From Adineta vaga (lineage: Eukaryota > Animalia > Rotifera): 64,000 nucleotides of DNA. The stretch is from the NCBI GenBank assembly GCA_021613535.1, contig CP075497.1, positions 7,998,001-8,062,000 of the forward strand. Direction: 5' to 3'. The position numbers and the translations under genes were made by a program. The number at the start of each line of letters is the position of its first letter. The stretch's first letter is position 1. Shown piece by piece: positions 36,274 to 49,861 of this stretch. The notes beneath the pieces were generated by a model. That model made no database searches. It was not told the DNA's origin and saw nothing but the letters and a program-made list of their open reading frames with translations.

Positions 36274-37545
36274 TGTAAAATATAAACCAATAGATTCAAG
36301 AATACTTTTATGAGTTAATTATGAGCAACATCATCTTGTCGTTCTTTTTTTTTCTTCTTCTCCGATAGAAGAATTCTCCTCGAAAGAGAAAAGAAAGAAG
36401 AAAAAAACATACCACAAGAAACCTAGGAAAACTCAATCAGAATAATCAAGAAAAAGAACAAATACTCCTTTCGATAATATATCATTCCATGTCGAACTAA
36501 TGAAGACTTTGGGGTGTAAGAAAGAGAATTATACATGTAGTTCAATAATATATTTCTATTTCTGAGTTTTCATCATCATCATCATCATGAGCTATTCCGT
36601 AGGGTAATTAATGTACCAAATGAACAGAAAAAGATCAAATATATTTATTGGAAATAAACTTGTCATAGATTGAGAAATATCGAATTACTTTTCTAAATTG
36701 ATATATTTATCTATTTTTTTATAAATATAGAAAAGAAAAGTCATGACATATTATTCTCTGAAGTAGAAAAAAAGGAGACAAACTTTTCCCGTAACATTGA
36801 ATTCATTGCTAACGTGTTAACACTATATTTCCGATAGTTTCCAAAAAATAAATGTTACCTGCAAGATTTTTGTTGATATGAGAAATGTTTAAAAAGATAA
36901 TTCTCTTTCAAATAACATAGATTTAGTTTTGAAAGGAAAAATAAATTGAATCTTGAAATAGTTTTCTGAATTGATCTTACAAATAATGACCCGCATTGTC
37001 AAAGACAAATGTCAGATTATTGTGAGGAATAGTTATTAGTAAAAAGACATTATATAATAAATGCATCATATATTTAATTCATTATTATCTATTTGTCACA
37101 AAATCGGTAATGAAGATTAGATATTTTTCATCATTCTTATGTACATTTGAAAAATAATATTGAAAGTGAAGGACAAATTGACGATGCTTTTCCTCCTACA
37201 GTCACCAATAGGAATTAACATAGTATTTCATGATTCTAAAAGCATTCATATATACATCTGATTTTAAAACTGTCAAATGGATTTCATCGTATAAATAATA
37301 ACTGTCTTCTACTGTTTTTTTTGTTCCACATGCGATCATTAGTAAGAAAAATATTTTTGAGAATCGATAAATCAATGTTATACTTTTCTTATATTGAAAA
37401 TGAAAACAATATTGTATTCATTTATGATGAATAGGCTTTGGATTTCTTTTGTTTACGACAGTAATGATTGTCATTTGTAAAGAAAAGGAAGAATACACAC
37501 GCACACACACACACACACACCCTCAAGAACATAAAGAGAATAAAT

Positions 37546-38841
37546 TTAAGCGTATATTGCAGTTAGTTGTTGTTCACCACCAAGGAAAACAATTTTGGGT
37601 TGATAGGATGGTGAATCGGATGTTGTAAATGGTGATGTATCTGTGATTTGATCATCATTCGATGATAAGATTCTTGATGAAAGTTGAATATTATTACGAA
37701 AAACTCCATAAAGAATATTATCGTAATCACTCGATGTCGGAAGATTCGTTTGTTGTCGTCGTTTGTAAACAGGATCAATCGATGGATGATAATGTTTTTT
37801 CCATCGTTGTCGACGTAATATATATAAGCTCACAGCAAGAATAAGAATAATTAGAAAAAGTATCAAAGATGAAACAATAATTGAAATAGTAATAATATCA
37901 AATGACAACAGTTGATGTAATTTACCATTTGTATTTTGACAAATACCATCTATACAAATATATTCTAATGGACATTGAATAAAAGAATCACATTGTTCAT
38001 TCTTTCGACCTTCACAATAAGCTAATCAAATAAAAGTAGAGAAAAACATTGAAATAGAATTTCTTTTACCTCGATTATCATTGATATATTTTTTTATTGC
38101 TAAATCTTTGGGACATGTACATACTGTTGCTGAACGATTTAAATGACACCATTCTAAACATCGAACATGTTTCATTGTACATTGAGTAAGATTTTTCACT
38201 GCATGAATACATATTGAATGTTGATCAGTAGTTAAATATGATTGTAATGGTGAACGACATACACAACGATGTTGTTCAAAATTACATTGATAAATATCTG
38301 ATGGATAACAAAGATTATCTTTGGTACAATAATCATTTAAAGTTGATTCAATTTTAAAATTCACTTGAAATAATTCTTTATCATCTGTACGATAGATTGT
38401 TTTCGTTAAACAATTAATACTTGTTAAATTTCTTAAATATGTTATACCTGTTGATACATACATAATATTTTTATCAGTTAATACTGTTCGAACAAATTCA
38501 CCACGTAATGTTGAAGATGATTCAACCGATGTCCAGTTGAATGATTGATTAGAAATACATTGAATCAAATTTAAATTAAAACGAATGAAAGGTTTTTCCG
38601 AATTATGACGAGTAATAATTTGAACAGGATAAGTTTTTTCATCATTTTTATGTAATGAATATGGTATTGTCATGGTTAATGTTCGATTGTCAATCGTCAT
38701 ATTCGAAGAAATAGATTTAAATGAACAATTCGAGAGAATAATACGCCTATCAGGTGTACAATTGGTAATCTCTCCGTGTCCGACGATGACAGAAACGACA
38801 TATACCATTAGAATGAAATAGAAAATATGATTAGACAGCAT
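37546..38841 (-). CDS. Type I membrane protein with Cys-rich EGF/EB-like modules (2 exons)
   Basis: N-terminal signal-like segment, several Cys clusters (C-x-C patterns), one TM followed by RRQRWKK, and a Tyr-containing cytoplasmic tail. Confidence 0.7.
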
Positions 38842-40714
38842 GCGATCTTAATACTTGTCTATAAATCCACCTAATAGAGTAGAATAGCATTATATATCTA
38901 GTATCTAAAATGAATATCAATAGAAAAGAAAAAAGTCTAATTAGAGAAGAGAACTCAATCGAATATAGAAGAAATTCTACTCATGATCAATGATCATCGG
39001 ACGTGTGTCACTCGTCTATTCTAGTTCATATATACGTTTATACTCACGTACAAGAATTAACAAATCTAATTGTTGTTATGTGCTTTATGAGATAGCTGGA
39101 AATGAACATTATATGACGAGAATTAATAAAGAATGAACGAACTATAGAGATATGTTAATAGAAGCTATTCAACATTCTTCTAAACTATCTATTAATCCAA
39201 ACAATATAGATGGAAAAGAAGACATAGAAATGTTTTATGTTAAACAATAGAACGACATACATATTAAATGTCCTTGCTTATGGACGAAAGCAGACCACCT
39301 ACTGTAAATTACAGATGGACAATTTCACTATATCGCATGTATTCTTTTTTTCTTTCTTCCTTCCTTATTCTATCTGTTTGCTTGTGTTCGTCATTTATCT
39401 AGTATAGAGAAAATACTATAGCGAAAGAAATGAGTATACATACATTTGGTTACATCATATTCTTCTGAAAAAAAAGCAAATAAATTATCATGCTCTTTCT
39501 CATTCTCTTGAATATCAAGTAAATAATATGTTAGTCTAACATCGAATATCTGTTTCTCGATATTTATATTTGGACATATTCTTACCTTGATTGAACGTTT
39601 TCTTTGAGAAGAAAGAAAAAGAATTTGCGGATCGATACTATCGTATTCTCATATTGACACAATTAGTTCTTATTACATTTTGTTTCTTTTCTAGTCAACA
39701 AATACATTAGCTATCCATCAAATCATTTCTTAATAATAAAAAAAGAAAAGTTGTTGACTTTACGCTTGCTATCTCTCTACTTCTCGTGACGGTGTAAATG
39801 ATTATATAATATAAGCTAATTCTCTCTCTCTCTCGCTCGCTTTCTGTGTCATAGAACTACCATTAGTGATCTAACAAACGTTTCTCTTCTTTTTCACTCA
39901 TGTATATAACGAGGGAAAGTTTGCAATGACCTTGTAATGGTCTTCTCTACAGAGTCATTCAGAAGTATCTATTGTTCTATCTTCCAGAAAATGCATTCAT
40001 GACATCATGACAATTGTCAAGTGTAGTATGATTTCTTGAATCGTTCTTTCTCTCTCTCTCGTTTCTCATCATTTTATATATGATTGAAGATGATGACCTC
40101 GACAAACATATCGATAGATAGATATATATGTAAAAACGAATAGAATGTCTTCAGTAACAATCGATTGATGGATGAACGGAAACAAGTTATTCCTTTCTAT
40201 TATTTATTTCTAATTTCGGACTTCCGATAGTCATCGAGATGATCGACGAGCATAACAAAATAGCATCGAACAATTTTTTTTTCCCACTGATAGAGAAAGA
40301 GCATTCTCTGATCGAGTAGAATAGGAAATCTTGCATAAGAATTTAATCAATTTCACATCGAACGTTCATGTATAAATAATAGACAAATGATTTTTTCTTG
40401 TCAAAATTAAATGAATGGATAATATTTCAATATTGAAAACGATTATGATCAGATTTAATCGTTCGCTTTGTCTAATAGTTCAATTGATTAGATAAGAATA
40501 AAGCTAACTCTCATTATTCTTGACTACGATTAATAATTATTCATTTCATGATGAAACAAACTTTCGATAATGGATTATCAATATTTAATGATAAGATCAT
40601 TTAGTCCTTGAAAGAAACTATATAGGCAAATGTCAATTTGATTCTGTACGTAGTTGAGTTGTGTGGCATTTTAATCATATTACAGTCATGCATAAATGAA
40701 GAATGTACTCAACG

Positions 40715-40739
40715 TATATATATATATATATATATATAT
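40715..40739. repeat. (TA)n microsatellite
   Basis: About 12 TA units. Similar short tracts occur near 29488-29512 (TA) and 37494-37520 (CA). Confidence 0.9.
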
Positions 40740-41413
40740 GTACTATATCAATATAGTTAGTGTTTGATTGATATCTACTTATCCAAGAAAATATTCGCTT
40801 ATTTTGATACAATGATTAATTCAATCATAGATTAATTTCTCGTTGGATAATACTAATCGAATGAATTCTCATAATAATCATTACATAATTAGAATAGCTT
40901 GAATTCTTCTATATAAGAGAAAAGAATGAAAATGTTCATAAACTGTAACAATTCTTTTCTGTACTTATCTTAAGTGAAATGACTTCATAATAAAGTGAAA
41001 ATGTATGAGTGATTTATAATCAAAAGTATACTTCTCACAAAATACTTGACATGATCGCTCTTTTTTTCTCTCTTCTTTATTGATTCAATCATCTTCTCAT
41101 CAAGGTTAAATCAAAATATAAAAATCCATTAGATAAAATCCATTTCTTTCCTCTATTACACAATAGACTTCCTGATAGCTATCGATACTGATAATTACTT
41201 TCTTTTTTCTTCTATTCATTTCAATTGATTGAGCTTGAATAGCTGATTTTCTAATGATGATTATTATTATGTTAGTATTTTCTAAATAAGACATGCTTAC
41301 ACATTATACATTTAACATTAGGAGAGAAAACAAAAGTAAAACTGAGCAAAGGGATTATATAAATAAACACCGGAAGTCAATGACAATAAAAATATATGTA
41401 TTTTTTTTTAATA

Positions 41414-44400
41414 TTAATAAGTAAACAATTCAGGATAATTAAAATTATTATGATGTGGTTTAGATTTTTCACTTGTGGTTGGTGTTAAATTCTTTGGTGT
41501 TGTTCCATTCTGTATGGGTATTGATGGTGTTGATGTAACTGGTAAATTTTCTTTCGATAAATAAAGAACATTCAATAATTGTCCTATTCTTTGATCAACT
41601 TGACGTTGTCTTTCATTCACACGAGATTTCAATTCTTCAAATGGTTTTGTACGAAACTCTTCAATTAAACGTCGTTTTTCATCATGACGATCTCGAGTAG
41701 ATTCATTTGTATTAAATACATCTCGTATTGTTTGAAAAGATATATCTTCAACATAATTATCGTTCTAGAAAAAAAGCCAAACGAAGTCTATCTTTTAAAA
41801 ATCTCTTTTGTTTTTCTTTATCATACACTGAATGTTGCACGAGTATCTGTTTCACTAATTATTGAACCATCTGTTTCTGAATCTTCATAGGTTTCACCAC
41901 CACTCTTTTCAATTTCTAAAAAGAAGAAAGAAATTCAATGGATTCTTCGTTTTTTTTTTCTTTTGACTTTATCGGTATGATTATCTTTAAGAATAGATAA
42001 ATGTTTTTTTTTCATTTCCAACGATTACTTGGTAAAGAAAGAAAAGCGAGAAAATTTTCTATATCATAGAAGAAAAAAAATAAGACTTTTTGCCACGGAC
42101 GTGTTTGCTTTTATTTAGCCATACAGTACGGAGAAGATTAAATTCTAGAGATATTATTCGAGAAAAAAAAAGAATTTCTTTTTCTTGTTCTTCGTATTTT
42201 TTTCTTCATTCCATCAAGATTTTTGTTGTTTCAGCTCACTTCTCTTTCCTACTGTGAAGACATACAAAACAACATTGACGATCAAGTTTATATGACAACG
42301 AGATCAGAAAAGGAGAAACGGATTATATCTATTCAGGAATGGCTTTTCTTCAATTATATCTCTTAGCGATTATTGGTTTTATTGGAATTATCTTCAATTG
42401 GCTTCTTATTCTAGCTATACAACGAAAAATTTATCATTATCAACATTCAAATCGAATATCAAGTCCAATTGTAACGAAATCATTACTTCGTACACAATCA
42501 TCCCTAACTGGACATAGTGTGCACCCACCATTGTTACCGTCTGTTCGTTCATCGGTATCAATGTTTGATAAATTTATTCTAGCTTTTTTAATTAATGATA
42601 TCTTTGTATGTAATTTCTTATTACCACTACGTGTACTAGATATTGTACAAGGTTTACCTTGCGGTTTTCTTTGTTTTATTTTGAAATTTTTCGAAAAATT
42701 AACAACAATTATTGAATTGATCATTATTAATCTGCTTCTTATTACTACTTTAATCTTCTTCTGGAAAAAACGTCTATTAACGACAAAATTATGGATTATC
42801 TTAATTCTATGTATAATACCAATTTTAGGTAGTTGTTTAATTACAGCGTTAACTTACATTGATGTCGAGGAATATGAACAAAAGAATCGTCCACCAACAT
42901 GCAAACAAACATATATGTATATTAATCTTACAACTGAAAAGAATTGCAATAGTTTTTGTTGTTTAATTACTTATGTTTCTATATTTATAAATTTTATTTT
43001 ACTTATTAAAACCAGACATGCCATTCAAATCTATCAACAAAAAACACTGAAAAGTTTGACTGAAGCTGTAATAACACCACTACCGAAAAGTGATACAAAT
43101 CTATTTGACCAAGTAGAATAAATTCAATCTCTCGATTATTTTCAGTATGAAAACGATGTTTTTCTTTCTTCTAGACTTCGAATGAATCAAATTATCGTCG
43201 TTCCATGTTTTATTCAATTTCAATTCCAACTGATTCTCTCGCACCGAATGCAACTCCACCACCATTACGTCGTTCATCTCAAGCAATCGATTATCTAACT
43301 TATCTTACTGTCATTGAAAATAGTCGTACACTTGTTCGTTCGACATGTTTAATCTTAATTATCTATCTTATCGTTCACATTCCGTATTGGTTAGCGGAAT
43401 TTTCTTCAAATGAATTCTCCTCACAATTAAAAGATCTCTTTTTTCTTTGTCATATTTTCAAACCATTCTGTTATCTATTAACGAATGAAAAATATCGTCA
43501 TCATGTTTGGGCGATCTTGAAATGTGAAACTTTTCGAATGTTGCCGAATCTTCTTCGACGAAAATCTCGTGTTCTTACATTAAATAATAATAATCTTACC
43601 TAATGGTTCAGGACGGAATTCTCGATCAAATCTTGATGTATCATATCCAGATGTATCTAACGCATTAACAACTGTTTCTTGAGAGAATAAACATTCTTTT
43701 GGAATACGATATGATATTGTTTCATCAAGTGTCGAATTAAATGCATTTGCAGGTAATAAATATGGTGCACGCAGTTCACGAAGACGAACAACCTGGACAA
43801 AAAGAGAAGAAAAAACAAACAAAAGAATGCTATTTGTTTGTTTTGACAAATATATTGGTATATTAAATCAACAAAAAAACACCGGAGAACTATATATAAA
43901 TGCCGGAAATTTGATTCGAGCTTTGAAAATAGGAGATAATGTTTTTTTCCCCATAGGTTAGAAACTAATCAAGCATCTATTACGGAAATAACTGGGAAAA
44001 GAGGTCATTTTGTTTTCAAGTCAGAAAAATATATTGTTAGTCATTAGTCTTTTACTTACTTCATCAACATGATGGGAAAATGATCTGATGTCATTTAATT
44101 TTGACATTAAATTGAAATAGGCAGCAATTAAAGCATGAATACTATGATGATTAATGCGTGATAATTTTCTCTGCGAGATTTGTTGAAGATTACCATTAGA
44201 ATCAGACAGTTTTGTTATAGTTGACTAAATAAACAAAAAATTTATGAAGAAAATGATTTTCTTTTTTTGATTTACTTGAATTTCAAAACAAAAATGAATT
44301 ACATCGACGAGAACATCTTTATCTCCACCTTCGAGTGTTACTAAAGTCATTAAACAATAAATGGCATGAAAGATATCTTTGGTATTATTATCCATTAAAA

Positions 44401-47175
44401 TTGATTGATAAAGTTGTGAAAGAAATTGACGACCAAACTAAAAATGAATTCAATTTCTTCAACGAAAACAAAACTCATCTTAGATATGTTCTATACCTTT
44501 TTCATAAATGCAATATCAAATAGACGAGATGTTTTTGTTTCTGTTGGTAATTCAAGTTGAGATATATCTTTAGGTAATCTAAATGTATAGGCAATTTGAG
44601 TAAAACGTTTTATTCAATTAGTTTTGTTTTGATTGAATACTCAATCGGTTTTATGCTTGATGATTTGCATATTATTTTATTCTATTTTTAATCTTCTGAT
44701 AAAGAAGATATCCAATAATAATAGAATCAACATCGCAAAGTACGATAAAGTTAATAAATCGTATATTAGCGATGGTTGATCATGATCAAGAACAGATTGA
44801 GTCAATATACATTCAGAAGTGAGGAATATTTCTCTCTTTGTCTGCAAATGTCAAATATTTATCTCAGTACATAAGATAGACAAGTGAATTGTTTTTTTTC
44901 CCTTTACTCAAACGTAATGTACTAATTGATACATTTTATGTTAGAAGCTTACTTTATTTTACGTAATTTAGCTCCATATTGTCTTCGATCAACTAATGAT
45001 TGAAGAATTTCCACGACAATTAATCGAATGTCTGGCTCAGGTGCACTCATCATTTTAAGTAATGGATCGAAAAGTTGATGAGGAAATGTTGTTTGAGTTG
45101 ATGTTTCTCGACGATGAACAGTTTGATACGTTGCCGCAACCTAAAATGAACATATTTCAAATTCAATCTTTTCGTAGCACACACACACAAACACACAGAG
45201 CGAAATCTCAATCATTCGATATATACATATAAGAGCAATGAGCTTAAAAAAACGAACTTTTTAAATTCATAATTTTTCGTTATCTAATATTCATAGATGA
45301 TGCAAGAGAAAGATAATTTCTAATCAACATACTTTTTGAACAGTTTTGAGTAGAAGTAATTGAAGTTGTAAGTTTACTGTTCTGTAAAGGAAAAGCAATA
45401 GATTATTTTATTTTTTGAAACAAAACAAACTTTGAATCTTTTGTTGTGTCTTCATAACCTTGATTTAATGATGGTAACGATGTGACAATAAATTGCATAA
45501 TTTCCATCATTTGAAAATCGGGCAATTTTTCTGCAAAATCTCCTATACCATTTATAACAGCTGTTTGAAATTCATTTTCATCTTGATTATTTGTTGATGA
45601 ATTTCGATTTCGTGAACTTTGATTTTGAAAGGATTTCTTTAAAAATTTCAATAGACGAGATATGCCCGTAAACATTGTTGATCCTAATTAAAATATTAGC
45701 TTTTCATTGTAGATATTCGATCGAATCAATTTACCAGCTCCTGTATTAGCAGCAGCAAAAACCATACAATCTTGAATAACATTCATAATTGATGTTTTTA
45801 TATATGCTGTATCATCTTGATCAAAATGCTTTTCCAAATGACCAAGAAGTAATTCAATCACTAAATAACTATTATGATGCTAAACAAAAGAAAAAGAATA
45901 ATATCGAAAACTTAATGATGAATAAATCCAATTACTTTGATAGAATTCATTATCCCAGAAAAAATATATTTTGGAAAATCTACAGGAATCCATTTTGCAT
46001 GATTATCTAAATGTCTGGAAAAAGAAATTCATTGCATAAAAGAAAGAAGTCATTTCATATTTTAATCTACGTAAGAATTGGTTGTACACAAGCAGTTATA
46101 TTGTTTAGATGAGCTCGACAGAAGAGATCACGTAAAACAATTTCAGCTAAAACAGCTGGATTTTCATTAGCAATTGATGTTCCACGTTCAATTAATTCAA
46201 TTTGTTCAGGTGTTGCACTTCCAGTAACATAATCTTGTGATGATGTCGGTGTCATACTTTAAATAAACAAAGAAATTAAAGGTAGTTTTATTTGAATGAA
46301 ATCATACGGAGTAGATTGTCGATCTGGTTCTCGAACTTCCATATTGAAAACAATTGATGGAACGATTTTATCCATATGTTTCCAAACATCATTTTGTAAT
46401 TCATCATTAGCAGTTTTTCGAATAAGTGCATGATGACCACGAAGACCAAGACATCGAAATCTAATGAAAATGACACTCATGTAATTGAATTTCATCAAAT
46501 TGTAATCTTCATTTTACTTTGTTCTATTACTTTCACTATTATTATGGCAAAGTTCTGTAAATCGATCAACGAAAAATTCATAATTTCGTTGATAATTTGG
46601 TGCTTCTTCTCGAATTTCACAAAAGGATTCAAACTAAACAAGAAAACAAAAGCTACAATTCCTATCTTTGCATTTCTACAACAAACATACTGAAGAAACG
46701 GCATGTTCAGTTAATTCTAAATCATTTTTTTCTTCTAATACAAGACGTAATGCATCTAAGTAATGATCAACAAATGTATTCAATTGTTGATAGCATGATT
46801 TCATTGTATCATTCATTGCTTTTATTCCAAGAATAACATAACTAAATTCGAAACATAAAACAAACTTTCTTTCTTTGTTATTGAAAATCTTACGGTTTAT
46901 TTCGATGTCGTAAATATCGAGCCACTTTTTCAGCCATATAACGAAATGATTTATCCAATTTTTCCGGTTTGAGAACTGCATAAAAACGTAATCGTTCAAG
47001 ATTGTTTTTATCAAGACCATGCTAAAGCAAATACGTAAGAATCACTCTGCATTGACTTTTCTTTTATCAACTGATTTACTTGTGGATTTTGTGGAAAAAC
47101 ATTGTTAACTAATCGTTTATATCGTGGTACCAGATAACAACCACAACAAAAGCAATTATTGCAATATTCCGACAT
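41414..47175 (-). CDS. EFR3: EFR3 (PI4KA plasma-membrane anchor), multi-exon
   Basis: N-terminal Cys cluster plus PRYKRLVNNVFP; LERLRFYAVLKPEKLDK; ALIRKTANDELQNDVW..HMDKIVPSIVFNM; FAEKLPDFQMMEIMQFI; ends FNYPELFTY*. Confidence 0.93.
42339..43603 (+). CDS. Highly divergent rhodopsin-like 7TM receptor nested antisense in an EFR3 intron (2 exons)
   Basis: TM1 GFIGIIFN, TM2 FILAFLINDIFVC..LP, TM3-top Cys (CGFLC), TM6 IVHIPYW, TM7 KPFCY..NEKYR. Intron 43113-43174 joins in phase 0. Confidence 0.75.
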
Positions 47176-48147
47176 TATTAATAGAGGATCTAAATAATAT
47201 TTATCCTATAAATAGAAATTAAAAGTTGTTCTCCATTTCATAGCGAACGAAAGAAAAAATCATAATGGAAAATGATGAAAATGCCACGAGCGAAAAAAAA
47301 CATTTATTTTGGTATTCAATCATCATTCTTTCGTTTTTCCACGCTTCACACATTGTCGAAAGAAACAAAATTGAAAGCGTGCGCAATGAAGTTACAGGGA
47401 ACAAATGTATTGGCTGATTGTAGCCTATGAAGTAAATGCAAGAAGAGAAAGGAAGGAAAGAAGTGTTTATTAATAGGCCAAAGGATTTGCCCATTGAACA
47501 GTAGAAAGAAGATGACGCTAATAGTTATATAGTTACACGTTACATACATGAAGACAAAATATATGTATATAGAAATTTGATAAATGCTTCGTAAACAGCA
47601 AAATCTAATAAAAAAATATCGTTATCTTGACTTTATTCAATAAGTTATAATAAATATGTATCATTTCTCGATATAGGTTCGATTTGAAGACTGTGTTGTT
47701 TATATACATAAGGAATATCTAGAAAATCTCATTGTATCAAAATAACTATCTTTTTATACTAAAGGAAAGAATGATAGTAGCAAACAGCATACAAAAGTGA
47801 CATCACTATGGCAAATCTGTATCACCTGTATCATTACTCTTTCCGTTTTATAATGTACCTATAACTAAACATGTTCTTTTTTTTCTCGCTTTTTTCACCA
47901 TTTCATGAGAAAAATCGATTAAATGTCTGTATGTGTATCTGAACAGTTTTGACAATATTTATTCTGTTTGCATCCTTGTTTTACGCAATGATGACAATCA
48001 AAACAACACTCAATACAATGTAAATTTTGTAAAAAAATAAAATAAATATTTAGATCAGTTTCTATTTAATAGTTTCTGTCATAAAATGATCAGTTTAAAC
48101 TGAGTTCTATTCAATCTTTTCGTGTCACAAGAAAATATTTTATTTAT

Positions 48148-49861
48148 TCACCAAACATCTTCAACAGGCAATGAGGATCGAATTTGAACCATTTTTACAT
48201 CATTTTCTTTTTGTACATCATTTCGATTATCAATTGTTTGAATAGTAACAACACTATTAACAGATACAGATTTAAATGGATAAAGTTCTCGTTGAAATTC
48301 GATATAATCATGAGTATATTCATTAAATTGATCAAAATCAATTCCTTGCATTTCTCCATCTTCACTTGTACGTAGTGCTAAACCAGGTATTCTATCCATA
48401 ATCAATAATAAAATCAAAGTTATAATAAAACTCCAAGCAAAACCAGCACCTAAAATACGCATGGTTACATACAAAAGAAACTTATTCATTTGTCAAATAC
48501 AAATCTCTCTTACATGCAAGTGCTAATTGATATGCCATTTGTATCCAATTTCCATCTAGCCATCCACCTGCAATAGTCACTTGATCAAGTGCAGGAATGT
48601 ATTTTTGAGCAAATATACCGGTTAATAAACATCCAACAAAACCTCCGACACCATGCTGTGCAAAGATATCGAATGCATCATCAATTTTGAAAAGAGTTTT
48701 TATTTTACGACCAAAATACACACATACACTGCCAACAAAACCAATAGCAAGGGAAGCCGGTGGCCCAACGAAACCAGAAGCAGGTGTAATACAAACTAAT
48801 CCAGCCATGGCACCCATACAGAATCCAAACGTTGTAAATTTATATCTTGGTTTTAATAAGAAATAGTCCAGCATACACCAAGTCGATCCACCTACGCAAG
48901 CTGCTAAATTCGTTACAACACATGCTAGAACAGCACGACTGCTAATAGCTAATCCACTACCACCATTGAAACCAAACCAACCAAACCAAGATAAAGCAGT
49001 ACCAATAAATATATTATTGATATTATGTGGTCGACTTTGTTCAATATGAGTTACCGGTTGGCGCTTACCAAGCACTAGGCTATAAACAAGCGCTGATGTG
49101 CCTGCAGCGATATGAACGGGTGTACCACCAGCAAAATCTAACGAACCAAGAATAAATGCCCATCCATTAGGTGACCAAGTCCAATATGCTACGAAATTAT
49201 AGACTAATGTACACCAAAGAAATACAAAGACAATTGTTGGCCATATACGACCCCTTTCAGAAACAGCCCCTACGACGACTAAAATTAATGAAAAAGAAAT
49301 TTGTATAATATTACTTTTTATTCATTGAAATTTATATACTTGTCGTTGCTGTTGCAGCAAACATTAGTTCGAAGATACAAAAAGCAATATCAGGTATTGC
49401 TAGTGAACCAAGAGCAGGCCCATCAAGAACATTGATTGATGCAACATGTGCGAAGTTACCTATAAATCGTGACCCAGACATACTAAATGTTAATGAATAA
49501 CCAATTAGAAACCACTAAAATAGAAGAAAAGGAAGCTTTCATAAAATATATATATATATATTAATTCAAGTAATAAAAAATAGACGAACTTGAACAGAAG
49601 TCACCGCCATCGCCATTAGACTTAACCATAATAGTGACAAAGCACTTTTACGTTTTGTCATACCCGAATAGAACAAACCAATACCAGGTATCATAATCCA
49701 AATCATTGCTGTCGCTACTAATATCCATGTTAAACTAGCAGTATCGACTACAAACATGTAAAGAATAACAAATGAATCAATTATTCATTGAATGAAATAT
49801 AATGCTTAATTTTCACTTTAGAAACTAAAAAGCACTTAAATTATTAACACTCACATCTCAT
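48148..49861 (-). CDS. Ammonium transporter, Mep/Amt2 (fungal-like) type, 5 exons
   Basis: PGIGLFYSG, DFAGGTPVH (His1), LGKR, RPHN, WFGWFGFNGGS, GLVCITPASG, DDAFDIFAQHGVGG (His2). A 7-nt first coding exon ATGAGAT|gtgagt at 49861-49855 gives MRFDTASLTW. Confidence 0.95.
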
